IMG/VR virus record: IMGVR_UViG_3300028802_000019
Coordinates: 1-55,236 of that record
DNA from: a virus
Taxonomy: Duplodnaviria; Caudoviricetes
Length of the DNA: 55,236 nt
Reading direction: 5' to 3' (one strand)
Shown here: one piece after another, positions 1 through 8,494 of the stretch
Numbering within the stretch: position 1 is the stretch's first letter
Layout of the letters: the number at the start of each line of letters is the position of its first letter
Notes under the pieces: model-generated
Seen by the model: the letters and a program-made list of their open reading frames with translations, nothing else
What the model was told of the DNA's origin: nothing
Databases searched by the model: none
Position numbers and translations under genes: made by a program

Positions 1-1360
1 TGTGAGCCGATTCCTCGGCCGCGTGGTGACCCAGTTCGTGGATCACCGTGGCCACGATCTCGTGGTTGTTGCCGACGTGGAACCATTCCCAGCCGACAGC
101 GCCCTGGTTGAAGATGACTGAGCCACGGCTGGCCGCGGCGATGCAGTGCGGAGCGTTGGCGCCGCCGTTGATGCTCACCGTGATGGTGTCGTGGGGGAAG
201 GCGACCTTGGCCACCGCTCGTGTCCAGCCGACCACGCGCACCGCATCGGGGTGCCACTCGTGCTCGGGGATCGGAGCATCGAGCGATCCCTCGACACCGC
301 TGCCGAAGTCACGCGTGCTGGCTGGCGCCAGGTCCACGTACACGTCGCGGGCACGCTTGACCGCGTCCCACGCCTCGGCGTTGAGCGAGCCGCCGTAGAT
401 GACAGCGCGACCGGCCGAGGCAGCGTCAGCGTTGGCGCCACGGTTGGGTGTGGCCACCACCGCATCGGGACCGAAGCGGCCCGTGATGATGGCCTGAGCG
501 GCCACAGGCGTCGTGTGCTTGCCGAGGGTGTCCCCGGCCCAGCCCTGTGCGTCCTCGGTGGTCAGCTTGTCGCGCTCAGCGAGAGCGTTGGTGACGACGG
601 CCAGGATCTTGGCCACGGTCGGCGCGGCCACCTGGTCGCGTGCGTGGTCCATCTTCAGCCGACCGTGGACGTTGATCGAGTACGGGCACTCGACCGGCTG
701 CACGGGCATGCCGAGGACGTGGAGCGTGGGACCGTGTGAGCCAGGCTCGTGGAGCGTGATGAGCACGGTGCGCGAGAGCGTCACGAACTTGTACGGATCC
801 TCGGCCGAGGACACGAACAGCGGCAGTGCCGTGCGCGTGTCGAGCAGTGCGGGGCGCGGTGCGAGCACCATGCCGTTGACGGTCACGCGCTGGCTGAGGT
901 CGAGCACGATCTCACGCAGCGCTGCGATCATCGTCGCCTGGTCCTCGCGGTTCATGCGCATCACGAACTCGTGACGCGAGCCGACATCGGTCTTGGAGCG
1001 CAGCATCGTGCGCGTGCCGTTGCGGTCGAACCGCACGCTGCCCGACATCGTGGTGATGACGCCCTCGACGCAGTAGGCGAGGAACTCTTTCTCGCCCATG
1101 TTGAAGATGCCGCGCTTGCGGTCGTCGTTGGCCTTGGTGCTCGGCGCGAACAGCGTGAACGAGTCGGCCAGGTTGACGTAGCCCACGGGGTCGTTGTCGG
1201 TGACCACCACCCGGCCGAGGCCACGCCCATCGGGCGTGATCTCGACCGTGATCTCGGTGGCGTCGGTGTCGAGTGCGTTCTGCACCATCTCGGTGATGAC
1301 CTTGGCCAGGCTGCTGTTGGAGCGCAGCCCAGCGAGGTCGGTGTCCAGCCAGCCGGTCAT
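1..1360 (-). CDS. GHKL-family ATPase (HATPase_c; Hsp90/MutL/Topo VI-B-like N-terminus), runs off the left edge
   Basis: Not in the ORF track. Hand translation from ATG at 1360 (TGATG overlap with the Ku stop) gives MTGWLDTDLAGLRSNSSLAKVITEMVQNALDTD..VVVTDNDPVGY..STKANDDRKRGIFNMGEKEF, matching GHKL motifs ExxxNxxD, DxxxxG and GxFxxG. Only about the first 90 codons were translated; continuation to the edge is assumed. Confidence 0.8.
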   Translation of the reverse strand, partial: MTGWLDTDLAGLRSNSSLAKVITEMVQNALDTDATEITVEITPDGRGLGRVVVTDNDPVGYVNLADSFTLFAPSTKANDDRKRGIFNMGEKEFLAYCVEGVITTMSGSVRFDRNGTRTMLRSKTDVGSRHEFVMRMNREDQATMIAALREIVLDLSQRVTVNGMVLAPRPALLDTRTALPLFVSSAEDPYKFVTLSRTVLITLHEPGSHGPTLHVLGMPVQPVECPYSINVHGRLKMDHARDQVAAPTVAKILAVVTNALAERDKLTTEDAQGWAGDTLGKHTTPVAAQAIITGRFGPDAVVATPNRGANADAASAGRAVIYGGSLNAEAWDAVKRARDVYVDLAPASTRDFGSGVEGSLDAPIPEHEWHPDAVRVVGWTRAVAKVAFPHDTITVSINGGANAPHCIAAASRGSVIFNQGAVGWEWFHVGNNHEIVATVIHELGHHAAEESAH

Positions 1361-2160
1361 CACGCCACCTTGCCCTTGGCAGCCTGCGCCGCCTCGATGC
1401 TGGCCTGAAGCGCCGCCATGAGGTCATCGGTGGCGGCGACCGCGATCGGTGCGGGCTTGGGCGCCCCACCGGCCTTGGCGTCCACGTAGGCCTGCACCAC
1501 CGGAGCGGTGTCGTCCACGATGACCGGCGTGTCGATGCCGATGGCGTCGATCAGGGCCGTGGCCATGTCGATCTCGGCCTTGGTGTGCTTGCCCTGATCG
1601 AGGGCCAGCGGCTGGCGCACCGCGTCGGCGGTGAGGATCATGCGCAGGTCGCCGTCGCTCGTGAGGATGGCGTAGCGGGCGGGGCCGCGCATGGCCATCT
1701 TCACGAGGATCCCGACCTTGCGGGCCTTCAGGCCTGCGAACAGCAGGCTGAGCGCCTTGACGCCAGAGCGATCCGGCACGCCCTTGATGGACTTCGGACG
1801 GACCTGGTACAGGCCTTCGGTGAGGTACTGGTCGAAGTCCTTCGTAGGAACGAATGACACGATCTCGGCCACGCCCTTGGGGCTGGTGCAGGCGGCGATC
1901 TCGTCGTCGTCCAGTGCGACCCAGGTGCCGTTCGTGGCCTGCGCCATGCGAACGACATCGGTCGAGTGGATGGTGTCGCCCGTGTCCTTGCGGATCGGGC
2001 TGCGTCCGACCTCGACCGTGGTGTCCCCTGCGAAGAACTCTTTGCGAGACACGCGGGTGGCCTCAGTCGAGGTGTAGACGCTGAGCGGGATGTTGAGCAT
2101 CCCGGCTGCGAGCGTGATGCTCGTCGTGGCCCTGGTGGGCGCTGCGGCTGTTGCGTACAT
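1360..2160 (-). CDS. ku: Ku-like dsDNA end-binding protein
   Basis: N-terminal SITLAAGMLNIPLSVYTS, EIVSFVP, KMAMRG..RYAIL and C-terminal DDLMAALQASI match prokaryotic Ku. Start trimmed to ATG 2160, which has an AAGGAAG RBS. Confidence 0.85.
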   Translation of the reverse strand: MYATAAAPTRATTSITLAAGMLNIPLSVYTSTEATRVSRKEFFAGDTTVEVGRSPIRKDTGDTIHSTDVVRMAQATNGTWVALDDDEIAACTSPKGVAEIVSFVPTKDFDQYLTEGLYQVRPKSIKGVPDRSGVKALSLLFAGLKARKVGILVKMAMRGPARYAILTSDGDLRMILTADAVRQPLALDQGKHTKAEIDMATALIDAIGIDTPVIVDDTAPVVQAYVDAKAGGAPKPAPIAVAATDDLMAALQASIEAAQAAKGKVA

Positions 2161-2175
2161 GATGGCTTCCTTGTT

Positions 2176-2193
2176 GGTTCGGTTCGGTTCGGT
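2176..2193 (-). promoter_or_regulatory. ACCGAACCG(AACCG) leader motif upstream of ku
   Basis: Minus strand reads ACCGAACCGAACCGAACC just before the RBS; the same motif precedes several other genes. Confidence 0.6.
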
Positions 2194-2215
2194 GTCTTGT
2201 GACAGTGAGGACGTT

Positions 2216-2251
2216 ACCGGGTGGAGCCGCTTGATAGCAACTCCACCCGGT
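2216..2251 (-). terminator. Hairpin downstream of the MoxR-like gene
   Basis: 11-bp inverted repeat ACCGGGTGGAG/CTCCACCCGGT, 10 bp after the stop; no clear U-tract. Confidence 0.5.
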
Positions 2252-2261
2252 TGAGGCCTGA

Positions 2262-3635
2262 TCAGGCCTCGGCTGCGACCAGTTCGGACTTCAGCATCTC
2301 CACGATGGTGCGGTCGGTGATGATGGCCTGGACCACGTCGCGCTCGGACGGGTCGAACATCCCCAGCAGGGTGTACATGGCCAACTCTGGTCCCATGGCG
2401 GTGACGTTGCGCTGGATCCGCTGAAGGGCGCTCGTGCCCACGGGGGTCTGGATCTCGGACGCCTTGCGAGCGTTGCGCAGAGCCTCGCCCAGCAGGCGCA
2501 CGGTCGGGGACTTGACCAGCTTGTTCTCCACGGTCGGGTCGTAGTCCCACACGAGGTGTTCGAACCGCTGCGCGAAGGCCTGGTTCATCTTGCCCATGCC
2601 GCGGTAGCCCTCGTTGTAGGTGGCGACCACCCACGTGTCCAGGCTCGTGGCCACGACCGAGGGCATGAACTGCCCGTCGCGCCACTCGGGCTTGTTGCGG
2701 TTGACGAAGGCGTGCCGGTGGTCGATGACCGGGTGGAGGCTGGACGTCACGCGCTCGCCCATGGCGTTCATCTCGTCCAGGTAGAGGATGCCGCCGCACT
2801 GGCTGGCCAACTCCACGATGCCGGGGAGCCACACCAGCGACTCGACGCCCGTGATCGGGTCGGTGTAGCTCGTGGTCTGACCGAACAGGTCGAAGTCGGT
2901 CACGCCGCTGGAGCCGCTGATCGTGAAGATGGGCATGGGCTTGGGCAGGCCGAGGGCGTCGGACCAGGCCACCGCCAGCGTCTCCACGAGGAAGGTTTTC
3001 CCGGACTGCGTGTCGCCCTTCAGGGCGATGTTGGTGGGGCGACCCTCGTTGGCGATGCGGTACGTGTCGCTGGCGAAGATGAGCAGGAACTCGATGTCCG
3101 TCATGCCGTTGGCCATGATCCGGTTGATGTAGCGCTTGACCTTGGAGCGCTGGGGGCGCAGGTGGTCGAGGCGCTCGTCCATCGGATCCTCGATCGGGTT
3201 GAGCACCCGGCCCTCGACCATCACCAGCGGGGCGACCACATCGGCCACGAGGGGCAGTGTGGTCGGCGGCGGGGGCGGGGGCAGCAGGCCGACCTCGGCA
3301 GCTTCAGCCTTGGCCTCAGCGATCAGGTTGACCAGTGCGTCGGTGACGTCGGCGGTGGGCGCCTCGTCCAGCACGAGCACGCCGCCGTTGCGGATGGCCT
3401 GCGCTTCGGGACTCTCGCCCACGAACGGGGGAACGAGCACCGGTTCGGCTTCAAGCTGGCGGGGCAGGATGTTGACGACGGTGCCGTCAGCGAAACGCAC
3501 CGGCAGCTTGCGGGCATCGGGGTGCCCGTCCGGGAAGGTCTTGTTGGAGATGACGGTGACGATCTCGCCAGCGCCACGCTGGTCAGCTTTGATCCGGTAG
3601 CTGAAGCCGGGGTAGAGGTCGGAGGTGAGTGCCAT
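2262..3635 (-). CDS. MoxR/CbbQ/NirQ-type AAA+ ATPase
   Basis: Walker A GDTQSGKT, Walker B ILYLDE, sensor ATYNEGYRG, arginine finger AFAQRF; extra N-terminal domain and Pro linker. Confidence 0.85.
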   Translation of the reverse strand: MALTSDLYPGFSYRIKADQRGAGEIVTVISNKTFPDGHPDARKLPVRFADGTVVNILPRQLEAEPVLVPPFVGESPEAQAIRNGGVLVLDEAPTADVTDALVNLIAEAKAEAAEVGLLPPPPPPTTLPLVADVVAPLVMVEGRVLNPIEDPMDERLDHLRPQRSKVKRYINRIMANGMTDIEFLLIFASDTYRIANEGRPTNIALKGDTQSGKTFLVETLAVAWSDALGLPKPMPIFTISGSSGVTDFDLFGQTTSYTDPITGVESLVWLPGIVELASQCGGILYLDEMNAMGERVTSSLHPVIDHRHAFVNRNKPEWRDGQFMPSVVATSLDTWVVATYNEGYRGMGKMNQAFAQRFEHLVWDYDPTVENKLVKSPTVRLLGEALRNARKASEIQTPVGTSALQRIQRNVTAMGPELAMYTLLGMFDPSERDVVQAIITDRTIVEMLKSELVAAEA

Positions 3636-3655
3636 GGCAGTTGATCCCTTCAGAT

Positions 3656-3700
3656 CGGTTCGGTTGCTGGCAACTCTACACCCTTACCACGCTATGACAA
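3656..3700 (-). promoter_or_regulatory. Sigma70-like promoter plus ACCGAACCG motif for the MoxR gene
   Basis: Minus strand TTGTCA-16 bp-TAGAGT, then 7 nt, then AACCGAACCG. Confidence 0.55.
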
Positions 3701-3961
3701 CGCCATACCCGATGTTTCATCGCGCACCAGGTCAAACCTCACACAGCATGACCCCAACCGCTGCGCCTCGGCCAGGCGGTTGCCAGAGCCAGGAGCGAAC
3801 AGCAGGCCGCGGTCGTGGACCCACTTGGCGGCAGCGGCGCCGATCTCATCGGCAGTGTCGTAGCGGCCGAGGTCGTACTCACGGCCAGCGATGGTGACGT
3901 CGAGGTAGTAGCGATCGCGGTCGAACAGGATGGTGATGGTGGTGGGTGGTAGCTCTCTCAC
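3692..3961 (-). CDS. Small AP2-like domain protein
   Basis: 3' end of ORF 3692..5767 read from GTG 3961: RYYLDVTIAGREYDLGRYDTADE resembles the AP2/HNH-AP2 beta-sheet motif; fills an intergenic gap. Confidence 0.4.
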   Translation of the reverse strand: MRELPPTTITILFDRDRYYLDVTIAGREYDLGRYDTADEIGAAAAKWVHDRGLLFAPGSGNRLAEAQRLGSCCVRFDLVRDETSGMALS

Positions 3962-4038
3962 ACCCAGTTGAAGGACGGCTCCGTCCCAATGTGTCAAGAT
4001 GATCTTGTGACAGGTGGTGTGCAAGGGAACGGAACCTT

Positions 4039-4066
4039 TGATATGCTCGTCCCCATGACCGAACCG
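4039..4066 (+). promoter_or_regulatory. Extended -10 promoter, probably leaderless, for the vWA gene
   Basis: TGaTATGCT at 4039-4047, ATG 7 nt later (4055), immediately followed by ACCGAACCG. Confidence 0.55.
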
Positions 4067-6250
4067 ATGAGCAACAGCAAGCGCCGCAAGGCGATGACCG
4101 ATGAGGGCCGTCTGCTCCTTCAGCGGCAGCGGGCACGCATCGCTCGCGAGCAGGCTGAACTGGGCGAGAAGTGGGCCAACGAGGCCAAGCACGCCGCCGC
4201 CGCTGGCGCCGTCCTGGCCGCGAAGAACGATCCCGTCCACAACGCCATCAGCCGGGGCATCGTGCGCCGGGTCGCTGGCGTGCTGGCCTCGGAGAAGGTC
4301 ACCCCCGGCATTGAGGTGCGCCCCGTGGACCTCGATGAGGGCGAGACGATGCGGGCCTACACCGACTTCCGCACGATCACGGTGAACTACACGCCGCACA
4401 GCGACAAGCGCCTGCTGGCCGCGACGATGCGTGGCCTGATGTACCACGAGGGTGGCCACATCCGCTGGAGCACCCCGTACGACACGCTCGTGCAGATGGT
4501 GGTCGATGCTGAGTCGCTGCGCGCCGCCGTCGCTGGCGAGCGCCCCCGGCCGATCTACGTTCCGGGCCACGACGTCATGCAGCACCAGCGGGTGTGGAAC
4601 GCCCTGGAGGACCAGCGCATGGAAACGGCCGTCGTCAGCGACAGCCCGCGCAAGGCTGCGTACTTCACGCCGCTCGTGATGACCGAGATCATCCAGACCC
4701 CGGAGCGCGCCGCCGCCAACTACCCGCTGCTGGTGTGGCGCCGGTACCTGCCCCGCAACATCCGCCGCGGCGCTCGTGCGGCCTTCGTGGCCCTGGTCGA
4801 TGCCAAGGGCAACGATGGCGAGGCGCTGGCCAAGGCCTTCGAAGCTGCCACCACCAAGTACGTGTTGGCCACCGACCACCTGACCATGTGGGAGGCCGTG
4901 TGCGAGGCCGTGGCGCTCTACGCAGAGCAGCCGCCGCAGGCCTCCCTGGGCGACCAGGCGATGGGCCACCAGAGCCAGAAGAACTCTCCCGCCGAGCAGG
5001 CCAAGGCCAAGGCGGGCGAGAAGCTGGAGATCCCGGTCGATCCCTCGATGATCGATGAGGACGACGAGGGCGACGAGGCCGAGGACGACGACACGATCGA
5101 GGACGACGATCACGCCGAGGACTTTGACAACGACGACACCTACCCCAGCGTGGATGACGATGAGGCCGATGACGACAGCGACGACGAGGCCGAGGGCCAG
5201 GGCGCTGCGCAAGCCGAGGGCGACGACACCGAGGGCGACGACGAGGGCGACGCTGACAGCGGCGACGACATCGGTGAGAGCACCGAGGACGAGGCCGAGG
5301 ACGACAGCGACGAGGTTGGCGAGGGCGCTGGCGGCGATGCGGGCAACCACGAGGGCGACGACGAGCCGCTGACCCAGGACGAGATCGACCAGGCCAAGGC
5401 TGAGGCCGACGACAAGTGGCTGAACGATGCGGCCGTCGAGGAAGACCTGAAGGCCTACGAGGATGCGCTCAACACGGGCGCCTCGCAGTTGCCGGTGTAC
5501 ATCGGCGGCGTGAGCAACGACCTGGCGGCGGCTTCCAAGGCCGAGATCCTGGCCAACCAGATCGAGCAGGCGTTCCAGGCGGCGACCATGGACCGTGAGC
5601 CTGCGTGGATCGAACAGCAGCGCCGGGGGATCATCAACGTCAACCGCTACGCCACGCGCCAGGCGGGCGACGTCGAGTACTTCCGCAACTGGGTCGAGGA
5701 CGATCAGCCTGGCTACAACCTGGCCGTGTCGGTCCTGCTGGACTACAGCGGGTCGATGGGGTCGCACATGGTCGAACTGGCCCAGTGCGGCTACGCCGTG
5801 AAGCTGGCCTGCTCCAACCTCGGGATCCCCTGCACCGTCACGCTGTGGGACTCCAAGGCGGCGACGTTGTGGGACGCCAACGAGGAACCGCGTGGCCTGC
5901 CGATCATCCGCTCAGCCGGATCGACCAACCCGTCACAGGCGCTGGCCGACCTGGAGAACCAGCGGTACGAGCGGGAGAACCACCTCGTGCTGGTGATGAC
6001 CGATGGCATCTGGGACGACGAGTGGAACCAGCGCAAGAACCGCGGCCGTCCGGTGCCCTCCAACCGCACGGTGGCGTTCTACGCCGGTCAGGGCCGCACG
6101 TTCATCGGCTTCGGCTACGACACGAGCACCTACGCGGCCCAGCAGTACGCCAAGAACCTGAACGGCTACGGCATCCGCGAGAGCTACGGGATCACCGACC
6201 TCATGGCGATCCCCAAGCGCCTCCAGGAGGCGCTGATCCGCCTGGCGTGA
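4055..6250 (+). CDS. CobT/NorD-like protein: HExxH metallopeptidase-like domain, acidic linker, vWA domain
   Basis: YHEGGHIRWS and NALEDQRME; D/E-rich tract of about 130 aa; MIDAS motif LLDYSGSM..GST..VMTDG. Confidence 0.85.
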   Translation: MTEPMSNSKRRKAMTDEGRLLLQRQRARIAREQAELGEKWANEAKHAAAAGAVLAAKNDPVHNAISRGIVRRVAGVLASEKVTPGIEVRPVDLDEGETMRAYTDFRTITVNYTPHSDKRLLAATMRGLMYHEGGHIRWSTPYDTLVQMVVDAESLRAAVAGERPRPIYVPGHDVMQHQRVWNALEDQRMETAVVSDSPRKAAYFTPLVMTEIIQTPERAAANYPLLVWRRYLPRNIRRGARAAFVALVDAKGNDGEALAKAFEAATTKYVLATDHLTMWEAVCEAVALYAEQPPQASLGDQAMGHQSQKNSPAEQAKAKAGEKLEIPVDPSMIDEDDEGDEAEDDDTIEDDDHAEDFDNDDTYPSVDDDEADDDSDDEAEGQGAAQAEGDDTEGDDEGDADSGDDIGESTEDEAEDDSDEVGEGAGGDAGNHEGDDEPLTQDEIDQAKAEADDKWLNDAAVEEDLKAYEDALNTGASQLPVYIGGVSNDLAAASKAEILANQIEQAFQAATMDREPAWIEQQRRGIINVNRYATRQAGDVEYFRNWVEDDQPGYNLAVSVLLDYSGSMGSHMVELAQCGYAVKLACSNLGIPCTVTLWDSKAATLWDANEEPRGLPIIRSAGSTNPSQALADLENQRYERENHLVLVMTDGIWDDEWNQRKNRGRPVPSNRTVAFYAGQGRTFIGFGYDTSTYAAQQYAKNLNGYGIRESYGITDLMAIPKRLQEALIRLA

Positions 6251-6260
6251 GCCGGGTGGG

Positions 6261-6293
6261 GGAGCGGGGGCGCCGGGGGGGCGCTCCCGCTCC
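6261..6293 (+). terminator. GC-rich hairpin after the vWA gene
   Basis: GGAGCGGGGGCGCC/GGCGCTCCCGCTCC, 14-bp stem with one G-U pair. Confidence 0.55.
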
Positions 6294-6336
6294 AGACGTT
6301 CCAACGACTGTGACAAGACAACCGAGGGAGAGATCA

Positions 6337-6540
6337 GTGAGTCTCATCGTGGCCGGGATCATCGGCATCAGTGGCGGCGCTTTCATCGGCCTGGCGTGGG
6401 AGCGCCTGCGAGGGCGCGACCCGCTGACACCGAAGCCGCACGCCATCACCGACGCCCAACTGGCCAAGATGCACGTGATCAAGGACGAGTGGTTTCGACC
6501 CGACGTCTACATCCGAGGAGAGCGCCGCGATGGGGAATGA
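6337..6540 (+). CDS. Small single-TM membrane protein
   Basis: GTG after GAGGGAG RBS; MSLIVAGIIGISGGAFIGLAW is hydrophobic. Confidence 0.65.
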   Translation: MSLIVAGIIGISGGAFIGLAWERLRGRDPLTPKPHAITDAQLAKMHVIKDEWFRPDVYIRGERRDGE

Positions 6541-6823
6541 TGAGCGGGTGCCCAAGCACCCCATCAGCCTGCTCCCCGATGAGGTCGAGAGGCTGCGGCA
6601 AAGCCTGGTATGGCTGATCGAGACTCAGGTCGGGGATCCCGTCGTGCCCTGTGGCTCGTGCGGCCACGACATCTACGACCACGCTGACGACGGCACCGAG
6701 ATCGAGAACACGGGCACCGAAGGCCCGTGCCACTTCCCTCGTGGGCGGTTCGTGCGCTACGCGGACAACACGAGCGAGCCAGCGCCCAACATCGTGCTGT
6801 GCCGCTGCGGGAAGTTCGTCTAG
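6530..6823 (+). CDS. Hypothetical Cys/His (putative Zn-binding) protein
   Basis: CGSCGH...H...CH...CRCGKF; GAGGAG RBS. Confidence 0.65.
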   Translation: MGNDERVPKHPISLLPDEVERLRQSLVWLIETQVGDPVVPCGSCGHDIYDHADDGTEIENTGTEGPCHFPRGRFVRYADNTSEPAPNIVLCRCGKFV

Positions 6824-8127
6824 CCCCTGAAGCCTCGGCCGCTGCGGTAGCGCGCCTGGCCTCCAACCGTGGCCCTCACGCCCTCGCGTGAGGTGTCCAT
6901 CGGGGGATGCCAGCCACCGGCCTGGACGTTGCCGCTCCAGTTGCCGCCACCCGCCGCAGGGCGCGGTGCTCGCGGCTCGGGGGCGTCGTAGCTGATCGTG
7001 CTGCCACCGCCCTTGTACGTCGTGCGATCGATGACACGCGAGCCTGCGGGCATCGGGCTGGGAGCGGACGGCTGAGTCGCGATCGGCTTCAGCGGCTTGG
7101 GCACGGGCAGCGGCCTGGCCGAGGACAGCGGGCCGTTGGGCTGCGATACACCTGGGCCTCCACTCACATACCCAGGTTTGGGCGCTGCGACGGTGGGTGA
7201 CTTGGGTATGGGCTTGGGCGTGGCGGGCGCCTTCACAGGCGGCTTGTAGCCAGGCTGGCCCTGTGGACCCTTGCCTGGGACCGGCGTGCCTGGCTTCACG
7301 TAGCCAGGCTGGCCTGGCTTGATCAGCCCCGGCTGGTTGGGCGCTGCGACTCCGCTACCGGTGCCGACCGGCTTGGCACCCCCAGGTGGGTGGACGTACT
7401 TCTTCGCCCCGTAGTCCCACACGGCGCCACTCGACCCGACCTGATAGGTCAGCTTGTTGCCCTTGGCGTCGGTCGTGAGCGTGTCGCCTGCTCGGTTCGT
7501 GACGCTCTTGTTGGTCGTGGGGCTGGCGAGGGTGGGGTTGCGGGTGGCCGAGGGCGTGGTGAGTGGCTTGGTCGTGGCGGCGACCTTGGAGGCCGTCGCC
7601 GCCTTGGCCGGGGTCAGCGGCTTCAGCGGGGCAGGCTTGGCCGAGGCCTTGGGCACCGGCTTGGGCGCTGGCTGAGCGACGGTGGGGGAGACGCCTGGCT
7701 TCACGGCTGCCAGCGGCTTGTTGGTGGTCGGCTTCACGGCCGCTGGATGGCTCCAAGCTGCCGACGCCTCGACCGTGTCGCGGTAGGGCGTGTCGGCCTC
7801 GTTGGGAGCGAGCGTGCGCGGCTGGCCGACTCGACCACCACCCCAGGCGTTGCTGCTACCGCCGCCGCCGCCGCTGCCGGTCGAGGTGCCGCCACCGCCG
7901 CCGCTGGACGGAGTGGTCTTGGTGATCTTGCCCGCCGTGGTCTTGGTGCCAGGCCACAGGCCGCTCCACCACGAGGGCTGAGCGGTCTTCTTGGTGTAGG
8001 ACGATCCCCAGCTACCGCTGCTGCCCCCACCACCACCGCTTCCAACACCGGTCTTCGGGATCGGCGTTGCTGTCTTCTTCTTGCTGTAGCTGCCACCGTC
8101 CGCTGTGTAGGTCTTGTTCGTGGCCAT
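6820..8127 (-). CDS. Pro/Lys/Gly/Thr-rich intrinsically disordered basic protein
   Basis: 435 aa of low complexity with PGQPGY(V)KP repeats; AGGAGG RBS upstream. Confidence 0.7.
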   Translation of the reverse strand: MATNKTYTADGGSYSKKKTATPIPKTGVGSGGGGGSSGSWGSSYTKKTAQPSWWSGLWPGTKTTAGKITKTTPSSGGGGGTSTGSGGGGGSSNAWGGGRVGQPRTLAPNEADTPYRDTVEASAAWSHPAAVKPTTNKPLAAVKPGVSPTVAQPAPKPVPKASAKPAPLKPLTPAKAATASKVAATTKPLTTPSATRNPTLASPTTNKSVTNRAGDTLTTDAKGNKLTYQVGSSGAVWDYGAKKYVHPPGGAKPVGTGSGVAAPNQPGLIKPGQPGYVKPGTPVPGKGPQGQPGYKPPVKAPATPKPIPKSPTVAAPKPGYVSGGPGVSQPNGPLSSARPLPVPKPLKPIATQPSAPSPMPAGSRVIDRTTYKGGGSTISYDAPEPRAPRPAAGGGNWSGNVQAGGWHPPMDTSREGVRATVGGQARYRSGRGFRG

Positions 8128-8141
8128 GTTCCAAGCGCCTC

Positions 8142-8381
8142 CTAGCGGTGCTGTGTCGCCTGCGTGCTGTGCCGAGAGGGTCGGCCGATCTTGCCCGCCT
8201 GACGCCAGCGGGGACGTTGGTCAGCACCTGGGGTGGGCATGCACATCGCCGCTTGGCCCGATCCCTTCACGAGGTGAGCGCCCTTCTCCTTGGGATCGCA
8301 GATCGATCCGCCGCGCACCATGTTGAGCGGTTGGACCTTGCGCTTGGGGTCATTGGCGCGGTCAGGCGGGGTGCCAGCCAT
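8142..8381 (-). CDS. Hypothetical small protein
   Basis: ATG 8381, MAGTPPDRANDPK..., in line with the downstream gene. Confidence 0.55.
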   Translation of the reverse strand: MAGTPPDRANDPKRKVQPLNMVRGGSICDPKEKGAHLVKGSGQAAMCMPTPGADQRPRWRQAGKIGRPSRHSTQATQHR

Positions 8382-8451
8382 ATCGGCATCCAAAGGTAGC
8401 ACTCGGATGTGTTCCAAGGTTTGGTTCCAAGGGCATCTTGTCATAAGACGG

Positions 8452-8480
8452 TGCTATGCTGTGTGTACCGAACCGAACCG
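8452..8480 (+). promoter_or_regulatory. Extended -10 promoter plus ACCGAACCGAACCG motif
   Basis: TGcTATGCT at 8452-8460, motif at 8467-8480, then AAAGGA RBS. Confidence 0.6.
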
Positions 8481-8494
8481 ACAAAGGACCGATC

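Noticed and set aside
2161-2832. N-terminal extension of the Ku ORF to 490 aa
   Set aside because: It overlaps the MoxR gene and a hairpin; the RBS supports ATG 2160.
3962-5767. Long antisense ORF 3692..5767
   Set aside because: Shadow frame of the high-GC vWA gene; only the 3' intergenic part was kept as a possible gene.
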